Of a stretch of 64,000 nt of DNA, positions 27,769-36,913 are shown piece after piece (position 1 is the first letter of the stretch; the number at the start of each line of letters is the position of its first letter). The notes beneath the pieces are model-generated. The model worked only from the letters and a program-made list of their open reading frames with translations, made no database searches and was not told where the DNA came from. The DNA is taken from positions 151,769 through 215,768 of the IMG/VR virus record IMGVR_UViG_3300005337_000441. The stretch is one strand, 5' to 3'. The position numbers and the translations under genes are program-made.

Positions 27769-28506
27769 ATGAAGAAGTACCTCACCATCGTCTTGCTGTG
27801 CGTCCTGAGTCTCTTCGTGAGCCAGGTTCAAGCACAAAACCCCAAGACCTACATCCCGAAAAACGCTATCACCCTGTTGCCTACGCTCAAGGGTGAAGTG
27901 AACAACGCATTTCCGAATACCACCATTCCTCAATACTTCGGTGCGCTGATCGAGCACGAGAGCTGCATTTCGCTGACCCACTCCAGGTGCTGGTCTTCGA
28001 CCTCCGCTCTTGACACACCCAGAGAGTTGGGAATCGGACTCGGTCAAATCACCAAGGCTTACAACACCGACGGGAGCATACGCTTTGACTCCCTGTCAGA
28101 CTTACGACGAGCGCACATGGCGGAACTCCAGGAACTGTCCTGGGACAACGTTCGCCAGCGCCCCGATCTTCAGATGCGCGCCATCATTCTCATGACCGCT
28201 GACAACCGCAAGACCTTCTGGCAAGTCAAGCAGGAGATCGAGAATGCCAAGATGGCCGACGCTGCCTACAACGCAGGTCCTTCGCGTATCGCCAAGAAAC
28301 GACTGCAATGTTCACTCAGCAAGGGGTGTGATCCCCAGATCTGGGATGACAACGTCGAGAACATCAACGTCACCGGAACAAAGGTTCTCTACGGGAACCG
28401 CACGGCGCACGACATCATGACGCATCACGTCAGCGATGTTTGGATGCGCATGGACAAGTACAAGCCCTACCTGGGCAGTACTGTCCGACTTGGGCAAAAC
28501 CCATAA
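27769..28506 (+). CDS. Lytic transglycosylase (SLT-like) with signal peptide, probable endolysin
   Basis: MKKYLTIVLLCVLSLFVSQVQA signal; ALIEHES catalytic Glu, GLGQIT, AAYNAG motifs. Confidence 0.8.
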   Translation: MKKYLTIVLLCVLSLFVSQVQAQNPKTYIPKNAITLLPTLKGEVNNAFPNTTIPQYFGALIEHESCISLTHSRCWSSTSALDTPRELGIGLGQITKAYNTDGSIRFDSLSDLRRAHMAELQELSWDNVRQRPDLQMRAIILMTADNRKTFWQVKQEIENAKMADAAYNAGPSRIAKKRLQCSLSKGCDPQIWDDNVENINVTGTKVLYGNRTAHDIMTHHVSDVWMRMDKYKPYLGSTVRLGQNP

Positions 28507-28512
28507 GCAACG

Positions 28513-28551
28513 GCGGGAGCAGGGGAAACCCTAGCTCCCGCTTTTGCCGTC
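28513..28551 (+). terminator. Terminator hairpin with TTTGCCGTC box
   Basis: gcgggagc...gctcccgc then ttttgccgtc. Confidence 0.7.
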
Positions 28552-28625
28552 TGATGAAAAAATTTTCACTCTGAGCCATCGTTTGAATAGGGACGAGGGG
28601 AAGACTTTCAACCCTCCTCTCGGAC

Positions 28626-28634
28626 ACATATACT
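28626..28634 (+). promoter_or_regulatory. Putative early promoter core ACATATACT
   Basis: Exact motif upstream of the nucleotide-metabolism operon. Confidence 0.6.
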
Positions 28635-28650
28635 TCTCTCGGAGACACCC

Positions 28651-29082
28651 ATGTACAGTCACAGACTGGGTCTTCCGCATGAGTATGGAAGTTATTATAG
28701 AGATGGCATAAGGTATGGCTTAGGGCCAAGTGTCATCTTTGTTTTTGGCTCCAATCTCCTGGGAATTCATGGCAACGGTGCTGCCAAGATCGCTCTGGAC
28801 GAGTACGCTGCCATTCGGGGTCAGGGTGAAGGCCTGCAAGGCCGCTCCTACGGGATCCCAACGCGCGTGCGTCCGTATCAGAGCTTGCTGCTCGGGGAGA
28901 TCCGCAAGCACGTGGATCGCTTCGCGATGGCGGTGCAGCAAAACCCTCACTTGTACTTCTTTGTGACAGCAATAGGCACTGGCCATGCTGGTTACAAGGA
29001 CGAGGACATCGCACCGATGTTTCGCGGTATTCCCCGGTGCTGGTTCAACGAGAGATGGATTCCCTATCTCGAAGGTCGATAA
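28651..29082 (+). CDS. A1S_2505-family, macrodomain-like phage protein
   Basis: IFVFGSNLLGIHGNGAA...GLQGRSYGIPT...FFVTAIGTGHAGY...IAPMF. Confidence 0.65.
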   Translation: MYSHRLGLPHEYGSYYRDGIRYGLGPSVIFVFGSNLLGIHGNGAAKIALDEYAAIRGQGEGLQGRSYGIPTRVRPYQSLLLGEIRKHVDRFAMAVQQNPHLYFFVTAIGTGHAGYKDEDIAPMFRGIPRCWFNERWIPYLEGR

Positions 29083-29106
29083 CTACAAATCTGGAGCAGA
29101 TCAAGA

Positions 29107-29853
29107 ATGACGAGTGGTACCGAGGCCCAGCGGGGCAAATTCATTGTCCTGGAAGGTCCGGACTTCTGTGGGAAAACCACCCACACTGACCTTCTTGCCG
29201 CTGAGCTCACGCAGATGAACGTCGACTTCGTTCGTGTTCGGGAGCCGGGTGGCACCGACATGGGCGAGATCGTCCGAAACATCCTCAAGGGCGACAAGTC
29301 CTTGGTGGACAACGCTGAGCTGCTGCTCTTTGCAGCAGCTCGTGCTCAAATCGTGCAGACCGTGATCGAGCCAGCATTGGCTGCGGGCAAGTGGGTGATC
29401 GCTGATCGCTTCTTGCCCTCCACGATCGCTATGCAGTACTACGCCCGCGGTCATGCCGAGCGCCTGTCTGTGGAAGGTGTGAAGACGCTGACGGACATGA
29501 TGGTGCAACCTGCATCGTTTCGGCATCCGGTGATTCCGGATCTGACGGTCTTCCTGATGCCCGACGAAGAGATCCTGGAAGCGCGTGCTGCCAAGCGCCG
29601 TGAAGGCCTGGATCGTCTCGAAGACGACTTCGACTTCGTCACCCGTGTGCGCCAAGGCTACCGGTTGCTGACATGCAACCAGGCCCTCGTCAACGGGGAG
29701 AGCAACGGCTCGTGCCACTACTACGGCATCCACTACAGCAAGCGCAAGGAAGTCATCTTGCAAACGGTTGAACAAGACCCTCAGGAAATCTTCAAGAGGA
29801 TCTGCCTATCTGTTGCTCGCATGGTCCACGACAGTGAAAGGGTGACCCAATGA
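29107..29853 (+). CDS. tmk: Thymidylate kinase
   Basis: FIVLEGPDFCGKTT P-loop, REPGGT, ELLLFAAAR, WVIADRF, PDLT. Confidence 0.92.
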   Translation: MTSGTEAQRGKFIVLEGPDFCGKTTHTDLLAAELTQMNVDFVRVREPGGTDMGEIVRNILKGDKSLVDNAELLLFAAARAQIVQTVIEPALAAGKWVIADRFLPSTIAMQYYARGHAERLSVEGVKTLTDMMVQPASFRHPVIPDLTVFLMPDEEILEARAAKRREGLDRLEDDFDFVTRVRQGYRLLTCNQALVNGESNGSCHYYGIHYSKRKEVILQTVEQDPQEIFKRICLSVARMVHDSERVTQ

Positions 29854-30314
29854 TCCGGATCCATCAGGTCTGGCCTTTCTTCCCGCTCAACGAAGAGATG
29901 GACAAAGGAGCTGGTAACGCGCTCCTGCTGCGTCGCGAAGAAGTCTACGCGATGTTCCAGAAGTTCAGTGAGACCATCGACGTCACTCGTGAAGACGGTG
30001 GTACCAAGCGTGAAGACGCGGAGAAGCTGCGCGCCTCGGCCAACTATGTCATGTACATGTTGGACCCGATGGCCATCTGCGCCAAGGCCCTGATCGACCT
30101 GACCTTGGATCTGGCCAATCGCCCCAAGCGAACCGTCATCGTGCTCTGTCGGTTCTCTCTCAATGACTTCATGAACCCCGAAGTCAGCGATGCCATTCAG
30201 CATCTGCTGCGCATCTTCGGTGAAAACGAGATCCAGTACTGCGACCGTTTCCACCAGCTTCTGGGTTTCCTGGAAGAGCGTCAACCTCAAAAAACTCAAG
30301 AAGCTCCAACATGA
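29850..30314 (+). CDS. Hypothetical protein
   Basis: ATGA-coupled to tmk and thyA. Confidence 0.55.
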   Translation: MIRIHQVWPFFPLNEEMDKGAGNALLLRREEVYAMFQKFSETIDVTREDGGTKREDAEKLRASANYVMYMLDPMAICAKALIDLTLDLANRPKRTVIVLCRFSLNDFMNPEVSDAIQHLLRIFGENEIQYCDRFHQLLGFLEERQPQKTQEAPT

Positions 30315-31450
30315 CACAAGTTGTCCACGCACAATACGAACGCATGCTCGGCCGCGTCTTCCGTGAAGGCCACGATCATGTCGACCGCACCGGCAAGGGC
30401 CGCCGCACGGTCTTCGGCTTCCAAGAACGCTTTGATGTCTCCGACGGCACCGTGCCGATCCCGACGTCGCGCCGTGCGCCCTACAAGGGTGCCATCGAAG
30501 AGATGATCTGGATCATCTCCGGCTCCACCTCCGAGAAGGACCTGCGCGAACGCGGCTGCCAGTTCTGGAGCCAGTGGGGTGTCAAGGAAGCCGACATCGA
30601 CAAGTTCATCGACAAGTACATGGCCGCCGTCATCGAGGGTCAGGGTCACCCGGACGAGTCCCGCCGGATGATCAAGGGCGCCATGATGGAGAAGTACCTC
30701 GACTCCATCGGCCCCATGTACGGCTTCAACTGGCGCGATGCACCTCGCAAGATGGAAGACGGTGAGCTCTGCCCGAATCCGTTCTGGCCCAAGGTGCCGT
30801 TGGACGAGCTGCCCTCGGACAAGGTGGCCAAGTACAAGGCTGAATACGAGGAACTGGTCGCCGCCGAAGTGAAGGTGCCCGAGTTCGCCGAGTTCGCCAG
30901 CAACCGCTACTACCGCACCTGTGACCAGTTCAACGAAGTGCTGCGCAATCTGCGGGCTCGTCCCTTCAGCGCACGCCATGTCGTGAATGCCTGGATTCCG
31001 CAATACGTGCCTTTCGAGGACCTGGACGTCGCTGAGAACGTCCTGCTGGGCCGCGGCAGCCTGTCGGTGTGCCATGCGATGTTCCAGTTCAACGTCACGC
31101 CGCCCAAGGAAGAAGGTGGCAAGAACCGCCTGTCGCTGCTGATGTACCAGCGCAGCGTCGACACGGCCATTGGTGCAGTGTCCAACATCACGCAGTACGC
31201 GGTGCTCCTGCACCTCGTGGCGCACTGTCTGGAGATGGATCCGATGGACTTCATCTACACCACCGGCGACACCCACATCTACCTCAACCATCTGGCGGGT
31301 GTGGAAGAGCAGCTGAAGCGGGAAACCCACCCCGCTCCCAAGATCTGGATCAATCCGAACAAGAAGGACATCTTCCAGATCACCAGCGCCGACATCGAGA
31401 TCCAGGGTTACCAACACTCTGGTGAACTGAAATACGAGGTGGCACGGTGA
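30311..31450 (+). CDS. thyA: Thymidylate synthase (ThyA) with insertions
   Basis: DRTG, GPMYGFNWR, SARHVVNAW, VCH catalytic Cys, YQRSVD...N, GDTHIYLNH. Confidence 0.93.
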   Translation: MTQVVHAQYERMLGRVFREGHDHVDRTGKGRRTVFGFQERFDVSDGTVPIPTSRRAPYKGAIEEMIWIISGSTSEKDLRERGCQFWSQWGVKEADIDKFIDKYMAAVIEGQGHPDESRRMIKGAMMEKYLDSIGPMYGFNWRDAPRKMEDGELCPNPFWPKVPLDELPSDKVAKYKAEYEELVAAEVKVPEFAEFASNRYYRTCDQFNEVLRNLRARPFSARHVVNAWIPQYVPFEDLDVAENVLLGRGSLSVCHAMFQFNVTPPKEEGGKNRLSLLMYQRSVDTAIGAVSNITQYAVLLHLVAHCLEMDPMDFIYTTGDTHIYLNHLAGVEEQLKRETHPAPKIWINPNKKDIFQITSADIEIQGYQHSGELKYEVAR

Positions 31451-32196
31451 CGGTCCGCCTCATCTTTGCTCAGTCCTCCAATGGCTACATTGGCAAGGAC
31501 AACGAGCTCCTGTTCCAGTTGCCTGAAGACATGGCCACCTTCAAGCTGAAGACCCAAGGATCCACCGTGATCATGGGTCGGAAAACCTGGATGAGCATCC
31601 CGAAGAAGTTCCGTCCATTGCCGGGTCGTCGCAACGTGGTTCTCACGACGTCGACCAACCTGGACGACTTCCAAGGTGCTGTCGTTTACCAAGAACTCAA
31701 ACAGGCTATCGCTGACTTCTCTGGAAATGGTCCGATTTGGATCATTGGAGGTGAACGTCTTTACAACGAAGCTCTCGCTCTTGCAGACGAGATCCATGAA
31801 ACCCTGGTGTATCAGGCCTTTGAAGGCGATGCACGAGCACCGGTCATTGACCACAAGCTTTGGACGCGTGTTCGGTCCTCACCCGAAAAGGAACACAACG
31901 GACTGATGTACCAGTTCAACATCTATGTCAGGAAACATCATGACCAAACAACTGAGCAAAAAGCACCCCCCGGTGAAGAAGCCGGCCAAGTTCGCCAAGA
32001 AGCCCACAACGTCGGCATCCCCGTCTCCCTCCACCGCGAACCCCTCAAAGGTGGTCGTTGCGAAGGCGCCGGCAACCGCGGCGACGGCAGCTGTCAAGAA
32101 AGCGGACCCGGTGAAGACCGTCCTCGCACCTGTGGTGCAGACGACCGCGCCCGCTGCGCAAAAGCCGCAGCTGAAGCCGGCCTCGAAGCCCGCTGA
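31447..32196 (+). CDS. folA: Dihydrofolate reductase; frame continues about 85 aa into the next gene
   Basis: IG...LPEDMATFK..T, VIMGRKTW.S, RPLPGRRNVVLT, IIGG, EGDA. Confidence 0.9.
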   Translation: MTVRLIFAQSSNGYIGKDNELLFQLPEDMATFKLKTQGSTVIMGRKTWMSIPKKFRPLPGRRNVVLTTSTNLDDFQGAVVYQELKQAIADFSGNGPIWIIGGERLYNEALALADEIHETLVYQAFEGDARAPVIDHKLWTRVRSSPEKEHNGLMYQFNIYVRKHHDQTTEQKAPPGEEAGQVRQEAHNVGIPVSLHREPLKGGRCEGAGNRGDGSCQESGPGEDRPRTCGADDRARCAKAAAEAGLEAR

Positions 32197-32797
32197 AAAG
32201 CACGCAACCACGACGCCGACCATCGGCAAGATCGTGGACGCCGGCGTCAAGCGGGTGGTGAAGGCGGTCAAGAAGGTCGTCGTGAAGAAGGCCGTGGCCA
32301 AAACCACCTCGCAGCTGCGCAAGGCCGCTGAAAAGGTCGAAGCCAAGGACGAGACCGCTTCTCGCACCCTGCGCCGCACGGCCGACAAGCTGGAACAGGC
32401 CGTCGGCCTGAAGCGTCACGTCACTCCCAAGAAGCCGGCCAAGGACGAAGCGTCTGCCGGTCTTGCGATCGCACACCGCATCATGGCGGTGTCCACCGAG
32501 ACCAAGACTGCCAGCACCGAGCCGCCGCCGTGGGAAGAGACCTTCAAGCCCACCGCTTCGATCGCCGCTCCCGCGGCTGCCGTCGTCGTGGCCGCGCATC
32601 CCGTTGCACCGTCTGTCCCCAAGGCAGTCAAGCAACAGCGTGCCGACAACGAGGTCTCTGTGGCTCCGGGCATCTCCTTCGCGCAAGCGATGGACATGGG
32701 TCGTCGTGGCGTGATCACGCAGATCGTCAAGCCGGCACCGGTGAAGAAGAACGCTGATGGATCGATCAACTTCGGTCAAATCCTCGGCGCGCGCTAA
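31940..32797 (+). CDS. Histone H1-like Lys/Ala/Pro-rich protein
   Basis: AGGA SD, ATG 31940; KKPAKFAKKP, VKAVKKVVVKKAVAK; typical phage codon bias in this frame. Confidence 0.7.
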   Translation: MTKQLSKKHPPVKKPAKFAKKPTTSASPSPSTANPSKVVVAKAPATAATAAVKKADPVKTVLAPVVQTTAPAAQKPQLKPASKPAEKHATTTPTIGKIVDAGVKRVVKAVKKVVVKKAVAKTTSQLRKAAEKVEAKDETASRTLRRTADKLEQAVGLKRHVTPKKPAKDEASAGLAIAHRIMAVSTETKTASTEPPPWEETFKPTASIAAPAAAVVVAAHPVAPSVPKAVKQQRADNEVSVAPGISFAQAMDMGRRGVITQIVKPAPVKKNADGSINFGQILGAR

Positions 32798-32806
32798 ACG
32801 CCAACT

Positions 32807-32847
32807 GGACCTGGAGCTGTCAAGGCTCTGGGTCCTTTTGGTCCGTC
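32807..32847 (+). terminator. Terminator hairpin with GTCCGTC variant box
   Basis: ggacctggagc / gctctgggtcc then ttttggtccgtc. Confidence 0.7.
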
Positions 32848-32859
32848 AACGAGAATGTC

Positions 32860-33606
32860 ATGCCTGAAACGTCATTGGTTGATGACTATGTGTCCAACCC
32901 GATCACCGTCTTTGATCGAGCCAGCGGCAAGTACAACTCCTTGTTCTCCAGCCTGCCTGAAGAGATCACCCAGTTCAGTCTGCGAGTGCTCAGTTACCTG
33001 AACTTCTTTGTCCGCTATACCTACCGAGGTGTGAACCGCGGATTCGAAATCCAACATCGGGTGGCCTCTGGCGTGAATGTCAAGACCATTCCCGAGACCG
33101 CTGAGGTGACGCTGGTGGCGCGTCCCTTGAAAGACCGGTACTTCGAACAACCCATTGTGCACGGTCGCTGGCATCTGCTGGCGCCCCGCTTTGCCTCACA
33201 GTTGATCGAACTCACCTATGAGTACCCCGACAACTACGTGGGACAGACGATCTACTGCACCTGGAACGTCCCAGACAACAAGGACCAACGCCGAGCAAAG
33301 GCATACCTGCACGCACTGGGTGGCAACTACGTGAGCGCTGTGGTGACGGAGCTGGAAGAACAGGTCAGGATCATCTTCAGCAACCGCTCAGGCAAGCTCG
33401 ATGAACTGGTGTTCAACTGGCTCCCGGATACCAAAGAAGGCTTGGTCCTCTTGTGTACGCATCCCAACGGCCCCTATTACTTCAATCCAGGTAAGCGACA
33501 ACTCCCTCACGTCGAGTACTTGAAATACGCCAACATCGTGGTGGATTGCTACCACCAGGCGAACGAGGGAACCAACTGGGGTAACTTTCAACGCAAAAAG
33601 AAATAG
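32860..33606 (+). CDS. Hypothetical protein
   Basis: 248-aa ORF on the coding strand. Confidence 0.55.
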   Translation: MPETSLVDDYVSNPITVFDRASGKYNSLFSSLPEEITQFSLRVLSYLNFFVRYTYRGVNRGFEIQHRVASGVNVKTIPETAEVTLVARPLKDRYFEQPIVHGRWHLLAPRFASQLIELTYEYPDNYVGQTIYCTWNVPDNKDQRRAKAYLHALGGNYVSAVVTELEEQVRIIFSNRSGKLDELVFNWLPDTKEGLVLLCTHPNGPYYFNPGKRQLPHVEYLKYANIVVDCYHQANEGTNWGNFQRKKK

Positions 33607-33615
33607 GTGAGACCT

Positions 33616-33909
33616 ATGTCGTTGAGCAAGTTTGATGAGTTTCGGACTTACACCGTGATCGAGAACCCCTTTCTCTTTCATGGGTTTCCGAGGAAGATCA
33701 ATCACATCACCATCGCACCGGTGAAGAACTGTGGTTGCCTGATGATTGAAATGGGCTCGCCTCAATCAGGCTTGCACCACTTTCTCGTGAAGGAGGAGTT
33801 CTTGCAAGGGAAACAAGAACCGATCCACAGTGCAATCACGCACATCCGTGACCAGATGTTCCACATCCTCTCGGCTGACCCTACAAAACACATCTATCCC
33901 GTCGAGTAA
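33616..33909 (+). CDS. Hypothetical protein
   Basis: ATG 33616, tight packing. Confidence 0.5.
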   Translation: MSLSKFDEFRTYTVIENPFLFHGFPRKINHITIAPVKNCGCLMIEMGSPQSGLHHFLVKEEFLQGKQEPIHSAITHIRDQMFHILSADPTKHIYPVE

Positions 33910-33915
33910 ACAACA

Positions 33916-34794
33916 ATGGCAACTCCTGAATACTTCAACATCCAGCCCGCAGATCCGCTGATGGATCGCGAGTCCTTCAGTCAGCTCATGGGACATCTGT
34001 TGCGCTGGGCTAAGGCCGAGAACTACGATCCGAGCGTGGCTGGCTTCATCGGGGCGATCGCTCCGATCTATGGCGCCGCGCAGAACAACATGAGCGTCAT
34101 CACTCATGTGACCCGGATCCTGACGGTGGTCATGACCGATCCGCGTTTCAAGGTGAAGATGACACCGGACACGCTCAGTGATCTGTTGTGCGCGCCGTTT
34201 CGGATCAAGCACATCTCCCAGAGACTGCACACGTCCAGCAACGCCGACACCTCCAGCATCACGCTGACGGTGGAAGAGTACGTCGAAGGTCTGGTCTTTC
34301 ACCTGGGTGACATGCTGCGCAACTCTCCTACGGGGCGTCTGACGGAAGAAGACTTCCGCTACCAGTTCGATCCAACGGTGCTGGCGCTCATGCGCTACGT
34401 CAAGAAAAACGGCACCAAGGACCTCACCATGCGCACGCTGGCTACGGAACTCTTCCCGGTCTACAAGTACATGATCGAGGATCTGGCGGACCTGACGCGC
34501 GTCGTCTACGATGCCTATCTCAAGGCAGTGCAAGAACCGGCCTTCGAGTTGCCTCAGATCTCGGTCAGTGAGCACCTGCTCAATGTGCTTGTGGCGCCCG
34601 TCAGCACGGGTCCGCATGGCCTGCTCGGGTTCAGCAAGCGCTACACGGACTTGCGTCCGGTGCAGGACTTCTACCTCTCCATGATCAAGACCATGCTCGG
34701 CCAGTTCTCAGTGGCCAAGGTGGATTGGTGTATGGACAACTTCAAGGACCTTCATGGGGACACCCAATCCAAGGACAAGCGCCAAGTTCAATGA
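33916..34794 (+). CDS. Hypothetical protein
   Basis: 292-aa ORF with phage codon bias. Confidence 0.6.
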   Translation: MATPEYFNIQPADPLMDRESFSQLMGHLLRWAKAENYDPSVAGFIGAIAPIYGAAQNNMSVITHVTRILTVVMTDPRFKVKMTPDTLSDLLCAPFRIKHISQRLHTSSNADTSSITLTVEEYVEGLVFHLGDMLRNSPTGRLTEEDFRYQFDPTVLALMRYVKKNGTKDLTMRTLATELFPVYKYMIEDLADLTRVVYDAYLKAVQEPAFELPQISVSEHLLNVLVAPVSTGPHGLLGFSKRYTDLRPVQDFYLSMIKTMLGQFSVAKVDWCMDNFKDLHGDTQSKDKRQVQ

Positions 34795-35104
34795 CCGCGA
34801 TGCGATTGGAGGTCTGGTGCAGGCCATCCGAGAGCACCACGGTGAGACACAAGCGCACGTCGAAAGCGCCATCGGCGTGGAACACTCCACGCTTTCGCGT
34901 ACCGAGAATGGTCAGCGTTCACTGAAGTTCACGGAAGCCTGCTACTTCTGTGACCTCTTTGGTCTGACCATTACCGAGTACACCGATCTGTTCGAAGAAC
35001 TACGCACCACCAGGACCGAGAACGAGACCTGGCGGGACGTAGCAGGCTGTATCTACCAAGCGTTTTTGCTTCGTAAGGAGTATCCGGCCGGATGCACCGA
35101 TTGA
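34754..35104 (+). CDS. XRE-family helix-turn-helix protein
   Basis: IG..VQAIREHHGETQAHVESAIGVEHSTLSRTENGQR matches the HTH_XRE pattern. Confidence 0.75.
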   Translation: MGTPNPRTSAKFNDRDAIGGLVQAIREHHGETQAHVESAIGVEHSTLSRTENGQRSLKFTEACYFCDLFGLTITEYTDLFEELRTTRTENETWRDVAGCIYQAFLLRKEYPAGCTD

Positions 35105-35160
35105 TTCCACGGCGGTAAAAGTAGTGGCTGATCATCTGGATCAGCCACTACTCACGCAAC

Positions 35161-35580
35161 GTGGAGTCAGTTATGGAAATGAAGTACGCAGCATTGCACC
35201 GGACGAGCGCGTCACCGGCGCAACGCATCTTCTGGAACGGTATACCGTCAGAAGTCCAAGATCTTTACATGATCTCGGTCTCAGGACAGTACGTACGGGT
35301 GGTCATCGAGTTGCCTGACAGCGACGAGATGTTCTTCTCCCTCGTGCTCACCTTGGGTCGAACGCTCATGACGTTCTTTCACAAGACGCTTCGCGAAGAG
35401 GTCGAAGTGGCCATCGATGGCCGCTCACTTGAAGACGCAGCGCTTGACGCTGTGGCTTCGAGCTTTCGAGCTCTCAACCCCCTGGACACCATTTCTCTCA
35501 GAGGAGACGGTGCGTTCCTGATGTTCATTCGTCAACAAAAGGGCGCTCCGGCAGACACATGTTTTACGGACCTGCTGTAG
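35161..35580 (+). CDS. Hypothetical protein
   Basis: ORF packing. Confidence 0.5.
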   Translation: MESVMEMKYAALHRTSASPAQRIFWNGIPSEVQDLYMISVSGQYVRVVIELPDSDEMFFSLVLTLGRTLMTFFHKTLREEVEVAIDGRSLEDAALDAVASSFRALNPLDTISLRGDGAFLMFIRQQKGAPADTCFTDLL

Positions 35581-35876
35581 CGGTATGTATTCTGTCGTTC
35601 ATTGTCTACTGTCTACTCGCCTTCATGTTCGCACAGTACGTGAGGTGTGAGATTTACAAGTACACGAACCATTCGCACTACCGCCGCCATTTCACCCCTT
35701 GGGTGAAGCGCCGCCTTCGGCTCATCTTGGTCTTGGGATTCATCCCAGGTGTCCAGTTCCTGGTGGGCTTTGGCTTCATGCTCTACGGGATCGGGTGTTT
35801 GCTCGTCAAACTCAAAGACTTCACGATCGATGTCAGCGACATGTTGAGGACACTCAAACCAAGGAAACCACTATGA
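35559..35876 (+). CDS. Small membrane protein
   Basis: Two hydrophobic segments separated by a basic loop. Confidence 0.55.
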   Translation: MFYGPAVAVCILSFIVYCLLAFMFAQYVRCEIYKYTNHSHYRRHFTPWVKRRLRLILVLGFIPGVQFLVGFGFMLYGIGCLLVKLKDFTIDVSDMLRTLKPRKPL

Positions 35877-36244
35877 ACGAGGAAGGCGTCCCTTTCAAGC
35901 GAGGCCTGTCCTTGCGAGACGTTGTCGCACCTGAGCGTCAACACGTCCTGGATGCTCTCGCAAAAGGAGACCAGGACAACCTGGCCACCTACAGCGACGA
36001 GAACGCCAACCTCATCCTCGGCCTGGAGTATCGCTACCAGCGCATGGTGCGTCTGTGGGGTGATACTCTGCAATACAACGGCACGCTTCATGTGGATATT
36101 CGCAGAAGCCTGAACGGAGCCACTGCACAGTACACGATCTTCCGTACCAAGGGCAAGCACGACATGCTGCGTACCTACCTCGATGAATTTGAGGAAGCCA
36201 TCCGCTGCACCTACCCTGGCATGGCCTCCAAGGAAAATCTGTAA
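35873..36244 (+). CDS. Hypothetical protein
   Basis: AAGGA SD, ATGA overlap with upstream stop. Confidence 0.55.
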   Translation: MNEEGVPFKRGLSLRDVVAPERQHVLDALAKGDQDNLATYSDENANLILGLEYRYQRMVRLWGDTLQYNGTLHVDIRRSLNGATAQYTIFRTKGKHDMLRTYLDEFEEAIRCTYPGMASKENL

Positions 36245-36301
36245 ACCAGGGGACGGGGGTAACCTCGTCCTCTTGTACCGTCAACTATTTGGGAGATCGA
36301 A

Positions 36302-36907
36302 TTGGATACCAATACCTTGTATCAACCCCATCATGATGGGGTCATGGGCTTTGATGAAGAAACCGGCCTGCAATATCTGTGCCTTCTCAACGACTTCCGA
36401 CGCTTCAGTGAGATGGTGCTCAACCGCTATGAGCAACTCAGTCGGGGACAAGTCGCATACATCGGTGTGGTCAGCTATGCCCACGCTGAGTTCGTGAAAT
36501 CCGGCACACACGGGCCACTCAGAACTGCTCTGGACAAGTTCTTCTCCTGGATACCGCAGGGGTCACTGCGCACGCAGCTGCTGCAGCTCGACCAGTACGT
36601 CAACGTGATCACACATCCCGAGTGGCGCGAGTCGACGCAGTTCGGGAACGTCCTACCGAAGCACATCAGGAGCGTCCACTTCCACTGCCACTACAGTCGT
36701 GGTGGTCAGAACTGGGACATGGACCCCGGACTCAAGATCACGATCCATGTGCAGAAAGCTGTCGGCAGCGAAAAGCTGGAACTCTTCGTCATGGAAGAGG
36801 AACGCATGATCTACGGTCCTCAATTGACCCGCTACAAGAAGGTCGAGAAAGACTTCAACGTTCGCCAGGTTGTCTTCGACTACGTCCTGAAGATCATGGG
36901 TGACTGA
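36302..36907 (+). CDS. Hypothetical protein
   Basis: GGGAG SD, TTG start, 201 aa. Confidence 0.55.
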   Translation: MDTNTLYQPHHDGVMGFDEETGLQYLCLLNDFRRFSEMVLNRYEQLSRGQVAYIGVVSYAHAEFVKSGTHGPLRTALDKFFSWIPQGSLRTQLLQLDQYVNVITHPEWRESTQFGNVLPKHIRSVHFHCHYSRGGQNWDMDPGLKITIHVQKAVGSEKLELFVMEEERMIYGPQLTRYKKVEKDFNVRQVVFDYVLKIMGD

Positions 36908-36913
36908 CACCGT

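Noticed and set aside
28557-28591. A/T-rich AAAAATTTTCAC...TTTGAATAG segment as a middle promoter
   Set aside because: It resembles remembered phiKZ middle promoters, but there are too few clear copies in the window to support a motif.
30311-31450. ThyA homolog as a DNA hypermodification enzyme
   Set aside because: The specificity residue is Asn and no glycosyltransferase or other modification genes were recognised nearby.
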